The notes under the pieces were generated by a model. That model was not told the origin of the DNA and did not search any database. It saw only the letters and a list, made by a program, of their open reading frames with translations. A stretch of 64,000 nucleotides of DNA. Source: a candidate division FCPU426 bacterium (GTDB taxonomy: Bacteria; Oederibacteriota; JAAXVQ01; JAUVAV01). Shown piece by piece: positions 1 through 8,850 of this stretch (position 1 is the first letter of the stretch; every line of letters begins with the position of its first letter). Both the position numbers and the translations under genes were made by a program. The stretch covers positions 3,122 to 67,121 of the forward strand of contig DAOWGI010000002.1 of the NCBI GenBank assembly GCA_030637655.1, written 5' to 3'.

Positions 1-1
1 C

Positions 2-178
2 ACAATTACTGATCCGCATGCCAGGGTGATCAGTATTGGTCGCAGCTTGGCCGGCCGGTTCGGACTAAATAAAGTTTATACCGGTCACTGCACCGGCAGG
101 CGTGCCTTTAAAATATTGAAAAGGATTATGGGTGAACAACTTGATGTTTTTTCAACCGGCAAACGCATCCTGTTATAA
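2..178 (+). CDS. 3' fragment of a gene cut by the window edge; possibly the C-terminus of an MBL-fold (COG1237-type) hydrolase
   Basis: The frame is open from the window edge to TAA at 176-178. The tail ...KVYTGHCTGRRAFKILKRIMGEQLDVFSTGKRILL contains a GHCTG string I associate with that family. Only a fragment is present. Confidence 0.3.
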   Translation, partial: TITDPHARVISIGRSLAGRFGLNKVYTGHCTGRRAFKILKRIMGEQLDVFSTGKRILL

Positions 179-263
179 ACGGATTTGCCGGATTATCTTT
201 AATTTCACCCAATTTTGGCAAAAAGCGGTTTTATGCTTGGGACGCAGTAATCTTCATTATAAT

Positions 264-526
264 GGTGAATTGTAATCACAAGTGCAACATTTTATCATTT
301 ATTATTGAACTATAAAGACTTAAAGAAAAAGATCCACCACAAAGGCACAAAGGACACTAAGATACACAAAGGAAAGCCTAAAATAGACCTTAATTATTAA
401 TCATTATGCTGCTTAGTGAACCTTTGTGGCCTTAGTGCCTTTGTGGTGAGTTTTTTAAGGATAAAGTAACTATTTGCCTGTTTGTGTAGCAATCAGATAA
501 TGTTGCAATATGAGTTACAATCTGCC
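264..526 (+). mobile_element. 263-bp non-coding MITE-like element, family A, copy 1
   Basis: It is about 97.7% identical (6 mismatches by hand alignment) to the reverse complement of 45461-45723. The ends are imperfect inverted repeats (GGTGAATTGTAA...TGCAACATT versus GGCAGATTGTAA...TGCAACATT). An internal long hairpin pairs CCACCACAAAGGCAC..ACTAAG with CTTAGTGCCTTTGTGGTG. It is flanked by a 17-bp direct repeat with 2 mismatches (247-263, 527-543). Confidence 0.6.
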
Positions 527-707
527 GTAATCCTCATTATATTTAGTAGACATACCTCTAAATAAAATTCTATACTATCATATCTGCGTGTCCACTTTTT
601 GGTGGATGTCCTGGTGCTGGATAGTTAGACGGAATTTGCAACAAATTATCTAACCTTGTACCCACCCACAGACTGATTGGAAAACTGTATTTTCAATCAA
701 ATCAATC

Positions 708-2504
708 ATGAAAAGAGAAGTTAAAATGAAAAAAGCAAAAACATTCGACGAGCTCGGCCTTAGTCCGGAGACTTTGGCGGTTCTGGAAAAAAGAGGATTT
801 GAAGAGCCGACACCAATTCAAAGTCAGGCCATTCCGGTTTTATTGCAAGACAATATGGATATCATAGGCCAGGCCCAAACCGGGACCGGAAAAACAGCCG
901 CTTTTGCCCTGCCCATTATTGAAAAACTGAATGACGCTTCAAAACAGGTCCAGGCTTTAATTCTGGCCCCTACCCGTGAGTTGGCTATTCAGGTATCCGA
1001 TGATATAACCGCATTCAAAGGAAATCGTAAATTTCATGTAATTCCTGTTTATGGCGGACAACACATTACCGAACAAATCCGCCACCTTAAAAAAGGAGCA
1101 CAGATTGTGGTTGGTACACCAGGACGTATTCTGGACCATCTTCGCCGGCGTACTTTGAAACTGGGTGGCATCAGCTTTCTGGTGCTTGATGAAGCTGATG
1201 AAATGCTTAACATGGGCTTTATCGATGATGTGGAAGAAATTATGGCCCAATGTAATGAAGACAAACAGGTAGCGCTTTTTTCAGCAACCATGCCTGACCG
1301 GATTGAAGCGCTTACTAAGAAATATATGAAAGAAATCAAACGGGTGGTAGTTAAAAAACAACAAATCACCACGGATTTAACCGAACAAATCTATTTTGAA
1401 GTCCGCTCAGCGGACCGCTTTGAAGCGCTTTGCCGCATTATTGATGTGGAAGAAGAATTCTATGGTTTGATTTTTTGCCGTACCAAAGTTGATGTTGATG
1501 AAATAACAGCCAAGCTGATTGAACGCGGCTACGATGCGGAGGGCATTCATGGTGATGTTACACAAAAACAACGTGGAAATGTTCTGAAAAAATTTAAAGA
1601 CAAACGGAACAACATCCTGGTTGCAACTGATGTTGCCGCCCGGGGGTTGGATATCAATAATTTAAGTCATGTCATTAATTATGCGCTACCCCAGGATCCG
1701 GAAGGCTATGTTCATCGTATTGGCCGCACCGGCCGGGCCGGGAAAAAAGGTGTGGCCATCACTTTTATTACACCTTCTGAATATAGAAAATTGGCATTTA
1801 TACAACGTATTGCCAAAGCCGACATTCGAAAAGAACAGGTGCCGGAAGTTTCAGAGATTATCAAAATAAAACGAAACCGTCTTACCGGCGAGATTGTGGA
1901 TATCATGAAACAAGGCCAATTAGAAGACTTTCATGATATGGCCTTTGGTATGTTGAACAAATATCCGGTTGAGGAATTGGTGCCCACACTGCTTAAACTC
2001 CTTATTCAGGACAGGCTGGATGAAAGCCAATACACGGAAATTGCCAGACCATCTTCTTCTCCGGATGCCGGGGGCAAGACCAGATTGCTGATTGGTTTTG
2101 GCCGCACTGCTGGTTATACACCTAAAAAACTGATTGATTTTATAAAAAAGCAGACCGGATTGCATGATCGTTTTATCGATGATCTGCTGTTACGTGATGA
2201 TTTTTCATTTGTGACGGTCCCATTTGCGGATGCTGAAAAAATGGTGAAACTGTTTGAAGAAAAAGCCAAAGGCGGACGTCCGCTTATTGTCAAAGCCAAA
2301 GGCGGGAAAAAACCCGGCAGCAGTGGCCGTGGCCGAAGTGGTAATGAGCGTCGTAGTCAAACCGGCGGTGAAGATCGCGACAGACGTAGCGCTGGAGACC
2401 GTAGTAAAGGCAGTCGTGACAGCCGCAAGCAGAAAAATGAATTCCGGAAAAAGAGTAGTCATCCGGGAAAAGGTAAAAAGAAGAATAAAGGAAAGAGGAA
2501 ATAA
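708..2504 (+). CDS. deaD: DEAD-box ATP-dependent RNA helicase with DbpA-type C-terminal RNA-binding domain and basic RG/K-rich tail
   Basis: Helicase motifs are present: AQTGTGKT (I), VLDEADEM (II, DEAD), SAT (III) and HRIGRTGRAG (VI). The C-terminal GKTRLLIGFGR...FSFVTVP region looks DbpA-like, followed by a K/R/G/S-rich tail. The start could be ATG 726. Confidence 0.9.
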   Translation: MKREVKMKKAKTFDELGLSPETLAVLEKRGFEEPTPIQSQAIPVLLQDNMDIIGQAQTGTGKTAAFALPIIEKLNDASKQVQALILAPTRELAIQVSDDITAFKGNRKFHVIPVYGGQHITEQIRHLKKGAQIVVGTPGRILDHLRRRTLKLGGISFLVLDEADEMLNMGFIDDVEEIMAQCNEDKQVALFSATMPDRIEALTKKYMKEIKRVVVKKQQITTDLTEQIYFEVRSADRFEALCRIIDVEEEFYGLIFCRTKVDVDEITAKLIERGYDAEGIHGDVTQKQRGNVLKKFKDKRNNILVATDVAARGLDINNLSHVINYALPQDPEGYVHRIGRTGRAGKKGVAITFITPSEYRKLAFIQRIAKADIRKEQVPEVSEIIKIKRNRLTGEIVDIMKQGQLEDFHDMAFGMLNKYPVEELVPTLLKLLIQDRLDESQYTEIARPSSSPDAGGKTRLLIGFGRTAGYTPKKLIDFIKKQTGLHDRFIDDLLLRDDFSFVTVPFADAEKMVKLFEEKAKGGRPLIVKAKGGKKPGSSGRGRSGNERRSQTGGEDRDRRSAGDRSKGSRDSRKQKNEFRKKSSHPGKGKKKNKGKRK

Positions 2505-2514
2505 ATGGACTGAT

Positions 2515-2716
2515 GTAACATGTCAGTGAAGCGTTTTTTTGTTTGTCATCCCCGAATGCGGCCTCCACCCTGTCATCCCCGAATGCTTGTATCGGGGATA
2601 TGGTTTTAAAAACCAGATTCCTGCCGAATGCGTCCCTATATATCTTTTCCGGTCGGGGCCGATTAAACCCTCGGGAATGACAACCTTTGTTTAACTGCAG
2701 TTCACTGACCTGTTAC
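2515..2716 (+). mobile_element. 202-bp MITE-like element, family B, copy 1
   Basis: Terminal inverted repeats are GTAACATGTCAGTGAA and TTCACTGACCTGTTAC. Both arms are homologous, in inverted orientation, to 26365-26492. The interior has a tandem TGTCATCCCCGAATGC motif (2544-2559, 2571-2586). Confidence 0.5.
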
Positions 2717-2773
2717 GGAGTGATTGGGGACGTTCTTCGGACGTTCTAATGACTTAAAATTAAGGAGTTGAAA

Positions 2774-5332
2774 ATGCGATTTTTACAGACTTTTAATGTG
2801 ATCCCGACCCTGCCGGAAGAGTTGCGGCCTTTGCGGGAGCTGGCTTACAATTACTGGTGGGGCTGGAATGCGGATGCGTTTAATATCTTTCGGCATATTG
2901 CAGCAGATCTTTGGACCCGTTGCGGTCATAATCCCATTAAATTTTTGAGCCAGGTTTCCCAAGAGCGTTTGCAGGAACTCATCCGGGATGAGGGTTTTAT
3001 GTACCACCTGAACCGGGTATTGGAAAGCCTGCACGGATATTTGGAGCGTAAAACCTGGTTCCAAAACCGTTGGCAAGGGGAGCAGCCCTTTCAGATCGCC
3101 TATTTTTCAGCGGAGTTCGGGATTAATGAAGGCCTGCCGATTTATTCAGGCGGTTTGGGTGTTCTGGCCGGTGATCATTTGAAATCCGCCAGTGATCTGG
3201 GTGTGCCCTTGGTAGGCATCGGACTGGCCTATCATAAAGGATATTTTCGGCAGTATTTGACTCAGGATGGTTGGCAACAAGAACGGTATGTTGAAAATGA
3301 TTTCTATAATATGCCCTTGCATTTAATGCGGGATGAGAACAAGAAACTCATTCTGGTTGAGGTGGAATTGCCCGGCCGACGAGTGTTGATACAGATATGG
3401 AAAGTGCAGGTCGGCCGTGTGCTTTTGTATCTGCTGAGTACCAATCTTCCGCAGAATCATGTTGCTGACCGCAATATTACGGCGCAATTGTATGGTGGAG
3501 ATCATGAGATGCGCTTGCAACAGGAGATTATCTTAGGAGTGGGCGGTGTTCGGGCGCTGGATAAATTAGGACTCTTACCGGCTGTTACGCATATGAATGA
3601 GGGGCATTCCGCTTTCTTGGGACTGGAACGCATCCGCTATCATATGGAGCAGGATAAATTGTCCTTTGCCGAAGCGCGCGAATTGGTCATTGGCAGCAAT
3701 ATTTTTACCACGCATACCCCGGTGCCGGCGGGAATTGATATGTTTGCGCCGGATTTGATTGAAAAATATTTTGGCAGCTATATGGGTACATTCGGTATTT
3801 CCAACCAGGATTTTTTAAGCATGGGCCGGGTGAATCCGCAGGATCCTAATGAAGTATTCTCGATGGCCATCCTGGCCTTAAAACTCTCTTCACGTGTCAA
3901 CGGTGTAGCGCGTTTGCATGGGCAGGTTTCCCGGAATATGTGGAAAAATTTATGGCCTCAACTACCATTGGATGAAATCCCGATTTCGCATGTAACCAAT
4001 GGAGTGCATGCCAATTCCTGGATTTCCGCGGAAATGTCCGAATTGTTTGATCGCTATCTTGGTCCACGTTGGGTCGGAGAACCGGGAGATCAAAAAATCT
4101 GGGAGGGAATTGCCAAGATTCCTTCAGCTGAATTATGGCGCACGCACGAGCGGAGGCGGGAACGCCTGGTCGGATATGTGCGCCGTAAATTACGCCAACA
4201 ATTGACAGATCGAGGGGCTCCGGGTGAGGAAATTGAGATGGCCGGTCAGGTTTTGGATCCGGAAGCGCTCACTATCGGTTTTGCCCGCCGTTTTGCCACG
4301 TACAAGCGGGCAACCTTGATTTTTAAGGATATTGAACGTTTAATTAAGCTGGCCACAGATAAAAATCGTCCGGTTCAGATTATTTTTGCGGGCAAAGCGC
4401 ATCCGCATGATGAACCCGGGAAACGTTTGATTCAAGAGGTGATCAAGATTGCGCGTCGGGGAGATTTGCGGCGCCATATCGTGTTTTTAGAAGATTATGA
4501 TCTGAATTGCGCGCATTATCTGGTCCAGGGTGTGGACGTATGGCTGAACAATCCGCGGCGTCCTTTGGAAGCATCCGGGACCTCAGGTATGAAGGCCATT
4601 TTTAATGGTGGTTTGAATTGTTCTGTTTTGGATGGCTGGTGGGATGAGGGATACAATGGGAACAACGGCTGGGCCATTGGCCGGGGTGAAGAGTACGGCA
4701 ACAAGGAATATCAAGATCAGGTGGAGAGCGCTGCTTGTTATCAGATCCTGGAGAATGAAATTGTTCCGCTTTTCTATGACCGGGGACCGGATAATATTCC
4801 GGAAAACTGGATACGTATGATGAAACGCTCCATGACCAGTTTGGGTCCCATTTTTAATACCAACCGCATGGTGACCGAATACACAGAGCGTTTTTATATT
4901 CCTCTGGTAGAGAAATATGCAAAACTAAAAAATGAGGGATGCCGGGAAGTGAAAGACTTGGCTGGATGGAAATCCAAAATCTTTGCCAACTGGCAGTTTT
5001 TGAAAATCGAGAAAGTGCAGGCTGATATAGATCAGGAGTTTCCAGTGGGCGCTGAGCTAGCTGTCAAAGCTGCCATTAAGATGGGTGAATTAACTCCTGA
5101 AGATATCCAGGTAGAAGTGTTCTATGGCCTGATCGATGAGAAACAGAATATGCATGCCACGCGCTCAGTGATCATGCAGCCGGAAAAAGAGACCAAGAGC
5201 GGGAAAGTGACATTTACTGGTGCGATTCCTTGCGTGGTTACCGGGAATCATGGATTTACGGTTCGTGTATTGCCCAATCATCCCAATTTAGCGCACCGCT
5301 TTGAGATGAATCTGGTTACGTGGGCGGGGTAA
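2774..5332 (+). CDS. glgP: alpha-glucan (glycogen/maltodextrin) phosphorylase, GT35 family
   Basis: YFSAEFG...GGLGVLAGDHLKSASDLG and the PLP-lysine region EASGTSGMKA are present. AAGGAG at 2762-2767 sits 6 nt before ATG 2774; the track ORF starts at TTG 2768. Confidence 0.85.
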   Translation: MRFLQTFNVIPTLPEELRPLRELAYNYWWGWNADAFNIFRHIAADLWTRCGHNPIKFLSQVSQERLQELIRDEGFMYHLNRVLESLHGYLERKTWFQNRWQGEQPFQIAYFSAEFGINEGLPIYSGGLGVLAGDHLKSASDLGVPLVGIGLAYHKGYFRQYLTQDGWQQERYVENDFYNMPLHLMRDENKKLILVEVELPGRRVLIQIWKVQVGRVLLYLLSTNLPQNHVADRNITAQLYGGDHEMRLQQEIILGVGGVRALDKLGLLPAVTHMNEGHSAFLGLERIRYHMEQDKLSFAEARELVIGSNIFTTHTPVPAGIDMFAPDLIEKYFGSYMGTFGISNQDFLSMGRVNPQDPNEVFSMAILALKLSSRVNGVARLHGQVSRNMWKNLWPQLPLDEIPISHVTNGVHANSWISAEMSELFDRYLGPRWVGEPGDQKIWEGIAKIPSAELWRTHERRRERLVGYVRRKLRQQLTDRGAPGEEIEMAGQVLDPEALTIGFARRFATYKRATLIFKDIERLIKLATDKNRPVQIIFAGKAHPHDEPGKRLIQEVIKIARRGDLRRHIVFLEDYDLNCAHYLVQGVDVWLNNPRRPLEASGTSGMKAIFNGGLNCSVLDGWWDEGYNGNNGWAIGRGEEYGNKEYQDQVESAACYQILENEIVPLFYDRGPDNIPENWIRMMKRSMTSLGPIFNTNRMVTEYTERFYIPLVEKYAKLKNEGCREVKDLAGWKSKIFANWQFLKIEKVQADIDQEFPVGAELAVKAAIKMGELTPEDIQVEVFYGLIDEKQNMHATRSVIMQPEKETKSGKVTFTGAIPCVVTGNHGFTVRVLPNHPNLAHRFEMNLVTWAG

Positions 5333-5350
5333 TTTGTGAATAATATTGTA

Positions 5351-5381
5351 AGGGCGGGTTCTAAACCCGCCCTTTTTTTTT
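5351..5381 (+). terminator. rho-independent terminator after glgP
   Basis: The hairpin AGGGCGGGTT-CTAA-ACCCGCCCT is followed by a T9 run. A second GC hairpin at 5398-5415 faces the convergent minus-strand gene. Confidence 0.7.
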
Positions 5382-5416
5382 ATAAAATTCAATTGGTGGG
5401 CGGGGTTACCCCGCCT

Positions 5417-6148
5417 CTACATTTGTTCCGTCAATTTTTCAAAATATCTTAAAATTTTCAATAAAATTTTTTGCTCGCGGAAGGTCATGGGCCGGTCTTC
5501 GAAAAGATACTTCACCCGGCGCATAAATTCCGGCAAACGATCTCTGGGTTGATAATCGATAGCCACCAATAATTGCCGGATCAGGTCATAGGTTCTCTGT
5601 TTTTCTCCATGCGTGGCCAATCGGTCTAATTCCGGGTTTTCATTGTCAAACCGCACCTCATGAGAGGACAGAAACCACTCATAGAGAAAAATCAAGACGG
5701 ATTGACTGAGATTCAGGCTGCCTTTTTCACTGGTGGGTATGATACTGGCTGTGTCGCAGAGGAAGACCTCTTCATTGGTCAAACCTGCACGCTCAGCCCC
5801 GAAAACAATGGCGATTTTGGCTGATTTGGATAAAGCCTGTACTTTATCGATAGCTGCTTTGGGCGTCAAAGGAGGGATTTTTACCCGTCGCAACCGACGA
5901 GAAGTAGCAATGCTGTAGGTGCAGTCTGTCAAGGCATCCCGCAGATTCTGAAAAACTTTTAAATTTCCGAGGATTTTTCGGCCGTCACAGGCCATTCGGG
6001 CTGCGTGTACTTCATCATAGGGAGAGGGTTTTACCAAGCGCAAATCCAAGGCGCTAAAATTGACCATGGCTCTGGCTGTGGCGCCGATATTTTCCGCCAA
6101 TTGGGGCCGAACCAGGACAATGACTGGAGGTTTAAGGTTGCTTTTCAT
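5417..6148 (-). CDS. trmJ: SpoU/TrmH-family RNA 2'-O-methyltransferase (TrmJ-like)
   Basis: The N-terminus VIVLVRPQLAENIGATARAMVNF and the central IVFGAERAGLTNEE...SLNLSQSV fit the SpoU-methylase knot motifs. At 243 aa it is similar in size to TrmJ. Confidence 0.6.
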   Translation of the reverse strand: MKSNLKPPVIVLVRPQLAENIGATARAMVNFSALDLRLVKPSPYDEVHAARMACDGRKILGNLKVFQNLRDALTDCTYSIATSRRLRRVKIPPLTPKAAIDKVQALSKSAKIAIVFGAERAGLTNEEVFLCDTASIIPTSEKGSLNLSQSVLIFLYEWFLSSHEVRFDNENPELDRLATHGEKQRTYDLIRQLLVAIDYQPRDRLPEFMRRVKYLFEDRPMTFREQKILLKILRYFEKLTEQM

Positions 6149-6328
6149 GTTTTATCCTTATCCGGAAATATTATACAATTGTGCTATAATAACATAATTA
6201 TCCATCTTTTCTAAAGGGGGAACTCAATAAGTTGGATAAAGATTACCCTGAAAAGTGATGGATTTGTTGTATAATATAAAAGATTACTTAGTGCGTATTT
6301 CAACGTCATATTAAGGGGAGATGTAACC

Positions 6329-7453
6329 ATGTCAGGTTCACAGATTGAATTGAATTATCGTGTAAGCGTACTGTTTGGTCCTCAGGAATTTATGCAGGTT
6401 ATTAATTTGGCAGTTGAAACAATTGGGTTTGATGATGAAACACAATTTGACCTGGTGATTCATAAACTCAATGATGAACGTCTTCTTTTGGAAGTGACGT
6501 CTTTGGATATTGTTAGTTATATCCAGCCCCAACTCTGGTCCGACATCCATCAAATTATATTTTCCAACCATTGGATCAAAGGCATGAATCTTAAAATACA
6601 ATTGGTGAAACGCCAGGATTATATTAATATTACCTTGAAATGTGAGATGGAGAATGTCGATCGCCGCACACAATTTGTGAATAAATTGGAGGAACAACTG
6701 GCCAAAGAGCTCCAGGCCGAAGCAGGGGCAACCGAGCAAGATCGCGAACGTTTGTTCGGGTCCATGCTCATGACCGAAGCAGTGATCCAGGCGACTCGGA
6801 AAGCTTTTCTGGCCGGTGATTTTAGTCAGGCTTTGGCAGCAGCCACTAAATTATTAATCTCACAGGCCGAAGGCTTGCTGAAAAATAAAATTAAAGAACC
6901 CGCGGATATATTAGCGTATCTTACTCAAGAACCGCCGTTGCTGATCTTTCCCGATCTTTCCGGTAAACAACTGCATAATGAATTGCTTGGGCTGGGGAAT
7001 CTCAGTGTGGGTGTGTTGACTATTGCCAAACCGATTATTCAAGAAAAACAGGCTGCGCCGGAAGATTCTGCTCGGGTATTGAAATGTTTGGTCCTGATTG
7101 GAATGATTATTGAACGTTTTCAGTGTGCGGCTCAGAATCCTGCTACTCAGGGAGAGCAGAGACAAGCTAAACCTGCTGCCAAGCCGGCTCAACACGCGGC
7201 TAAGCAAAAAAGAGTAAAAAAAGCCAAACTCAAGGCTAAACCCAAACCAAAGCCAAGGGCGAAAGTGAAGGCGAAAGCGAAGGCGAAGGTGAAGGTGAAA
7301 GCGAAGGCGAAGGTGAAGGTGAAAGCGAAGGTGAAGGCGAAGGTGAAGGCGAAGGTGAAGGCGAAAGCGAAGGTGAAGCCAAAGGCGGAAGTGAAAGCTG
7401 TTCCCAAGCAGAAAAAGAAGGCGATTCGCTCAAAATTATCGAGCAAGGTATAA
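6329..7453 (+). CDS. hypothetical protein with a C-terminal lysine-rich (KAKVK)n tail
   Basis: This is a long ORF with GGGGAG upstream of the ATG. I recognise no motif in the first ~280 aa. The last ~90 aa are K/A/V/P only. Confidence 0.6.
   Translation: MSGSQIELNYRVSVLFGPQEFMQVINLAVETIGFDDETQFDLVIHKLNDERLLLEVTSLDIVSYIQPQLWSDIHQIIFSNHWIKGMNLKIQLVKRQDYINITLKCEMENVDRRTQFVNKLEEQLAKELQAEAGATEQDRERLFGSMLMTEAVIQATRKAFLAGDFSQALAAATKLLISQAEGLLKNKIKEPADILAYLTQEPPLLIFPDLSGKQLHNELLGLGNLSVGVLTIAKPIIQEKQAAPEDSARVLKCLVLIGMIIERFQCAAQNPATQGEQRQAKPAAKPAQHAAKQKRVKKAKLKAKPKPKPRAKVKAKAKAKVKVKAKAKVKVKAKVKAKVKAKVKAKAKVKPKAEVKAVPKQKKKAIRSKLSSKV
7258..7385 (+). repeat. in-frame tandem hexanucleotide repeat (GCGAAR/GTGAAR)n encoding (AK/VK)n
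   Basis: Direct reading shows gcgaaagtgaaggcgaaagcgaaggcgaaggtgaaggtgaaagcgaagg... for about 21 units. Confidence 0.9.
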
Positions 7454-7476
7454 TGCTGCGAAATTTTATTTGGAAA

Positions 7477-7521
7477 GTAGAGACGTACTATAGTATGTCT
7501 CTACAACCGTACGTCTCTACA
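7477..7521. repeat. REP-like palindrome, family 2 (GTAGAGACG...CGTCTCTAC), compound copy
   Basis: The sequence is GTAGAGACGTACTATAGTATGTCTCTACAACCGTACGTCTCTACA. The same family occurs at 22713, 24989 and 46480. Confidence 0.75.
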
Positions 7522-7549
7522 GATATATTTTTTAATTAATATATTTAAA

Positions 7550-8092
7550 TTGGGATTGCACATGAAATTTGAAGCTCGCTTGACTGGAAAAGATTGGAAG
7601 GCAGTGGCATGGATTGGGCTCACTCAAGTGAATGTAGCTTGGGTTATGGCACTCTTGGATGTGGTGTATGCACCCATACCCATGTTTGTCGCGGCTGTGG
7701 TGGCAGGTTTTCTGTTTAAGGGCCGTCCCAAACACGCATCCCTGGGTGCTGCCATGGCCGGTGTTCTGGGCGGCTGGTTGGCTGAATGGGCGTTTCATAC
7801 TGTGCGTATTCAAAACCGTGTTATGAATTGGGCGCAATTGGATTCCAGTGAACAATTGGGACTGGCTGCGGCGGAAATGTTGTTGTATGCTGCTTTGCTC
7901 AGTTTTTTTGCCGCTTTTTTCAGTTGGGGAACATCCAAAGATACGTCAGCAGAAGATAAGGGAGAATCACCAGCATCCGTGCAACCCACAGAACCTATGT
8001 ATTCGCCGCTTGAAGCAGAACAGCCTGAAGTGGATATTCCGTTGTTCAAAGAAGATCCCGAAGCTACTGAAAATTCCGAGTCCTCGGTTTAA
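7550..8092 (+). CDS. hypothetical membrane protein with an acidic C-terminal tail
   Basis: It has several hydrophobic helices (VAWVMALLDVVYAPIPMFVAAVVAGFLF, LLYAALLSFFAAFFSW) and no recognisable motif. The start may be ATG 7562. Confidence 0.45.
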   Translation: MGLHMKFEARLTGKDWKAVAWIGLTQVNVAWVMALLDVVYAPIPMFVAAVVAGFLFKGRPKHASLGAAMAGVLGGWLAEWAFHTVRIQNRVMNWAQLDSSEQLGLAAAEMLLYAALLSFFAAFFSWGTSKDTSAEDKGESPASVQPTEPMYSPLEAEQPEVDIPLFKEDPEATENSESSV

Positions 8093-8127
8093 GAAAAAGA
8101 ATCCGAATAAAATAAAAAACAACTATG

Positions 8128-8850
8128 TTATTCTGATTCCGGAAGATTTCCCGGATTGAGAATATTGTTCAGCTTCTCCAAATTTTTCCGGACTTGTTGC
8201 TGCCAATCCAAATATTTTATTTGCTCAGTGTCTTGCGTGTTCAGTTGGTCTAAGCGTAAAAGTAAATAGGTTTCCAATTCCTGCCACTCTTTTTGTTTGT
8301 GCTGTACTTTTTCCAGACGTTTTTGTTTGAGTTCTTCCGGCTGAGCAGCCAGTTGTTGGGCTGAATACCGCTTCCAATTGAGAGGTTCCAATATTATAGG
8401 AATACGCCACGCATCAGACTGTTGCCACAGCGTTTGTTCTTCATTGGATAGGGTTTGGCCGCGCTTTAAGGCAGTTTGGCTGAACTGGGCTGTGAGTTGC
8501 AGCAAGTGTGCGGATAATTCCTGCTGTTCTTGGGTGATTTTTTGTATTTCCAAAGTCAGTTCATTGGCTTTTTGCGCTTGGTTTTCACGAGACGCGTACC
8601 ATAAGGGATTCCACCAAAAACGGTCATCCCGGTCCGGATCACTCTGAATATCCAGATTCCGGAGTTTGCCGGAGAGATGTTGTTTTTTCTCGACGTTTTT
8701 TTGCCATTGAGATAATTGTGCTTGCAGTTCGGCAAATATCTGTGGATCAAGCGCGTTTTCGGTAGGTTCAGCCAGGCCGGAACCGCAGTGCATGAATCCG
8801 CAGACAAGCATAAAGAGAAGTGTTTTGTACATACGACAAGGCTTCCTCAT
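8128..8850 (-). CDS. secreted coiled-coil protein, unknown function
   Basis: It has a signal-peptide-like N-terminus (MYKTLLFMLVCGFMHCGSGLA) and Q/E/L-rich heptad-like sequence. Its start overlaps the stop of the upstream regulator by 4 nt (operon). Confidence 0.5.
   Translation of the reverse strand: MRKPCRMYKTLLFMLVCGFMHCGSGLAEPTENALDPQIFAELQAQLSQWQKNVEKKQHLSGKLRNLDIQSDPDRDDRFWWNPLWYASRENQAQKANELTLEIQKITQEQQELSAHLLQLTAQFSQTALKRGQTLSNEEQTLWQQSDAWRIPIILEPLNWKRYSAQQLAAQPEELKQKRLEKVQHKQKEWQELETYLLLRLDQLNTQDTEQIKYLDWQQQVRKNLEKLNNILNPGNLPESE

Noticed and set aside
7258-7385. A tandem repeat tract that might be mistaken for a CRISPR or minisatellite locus.
   Set aside because: The unit is only 6 nt with no spacers. 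It is fully in frame within a long ORF encoding (K-A/V)n, so it is coding low-complexity sequence and not an array.
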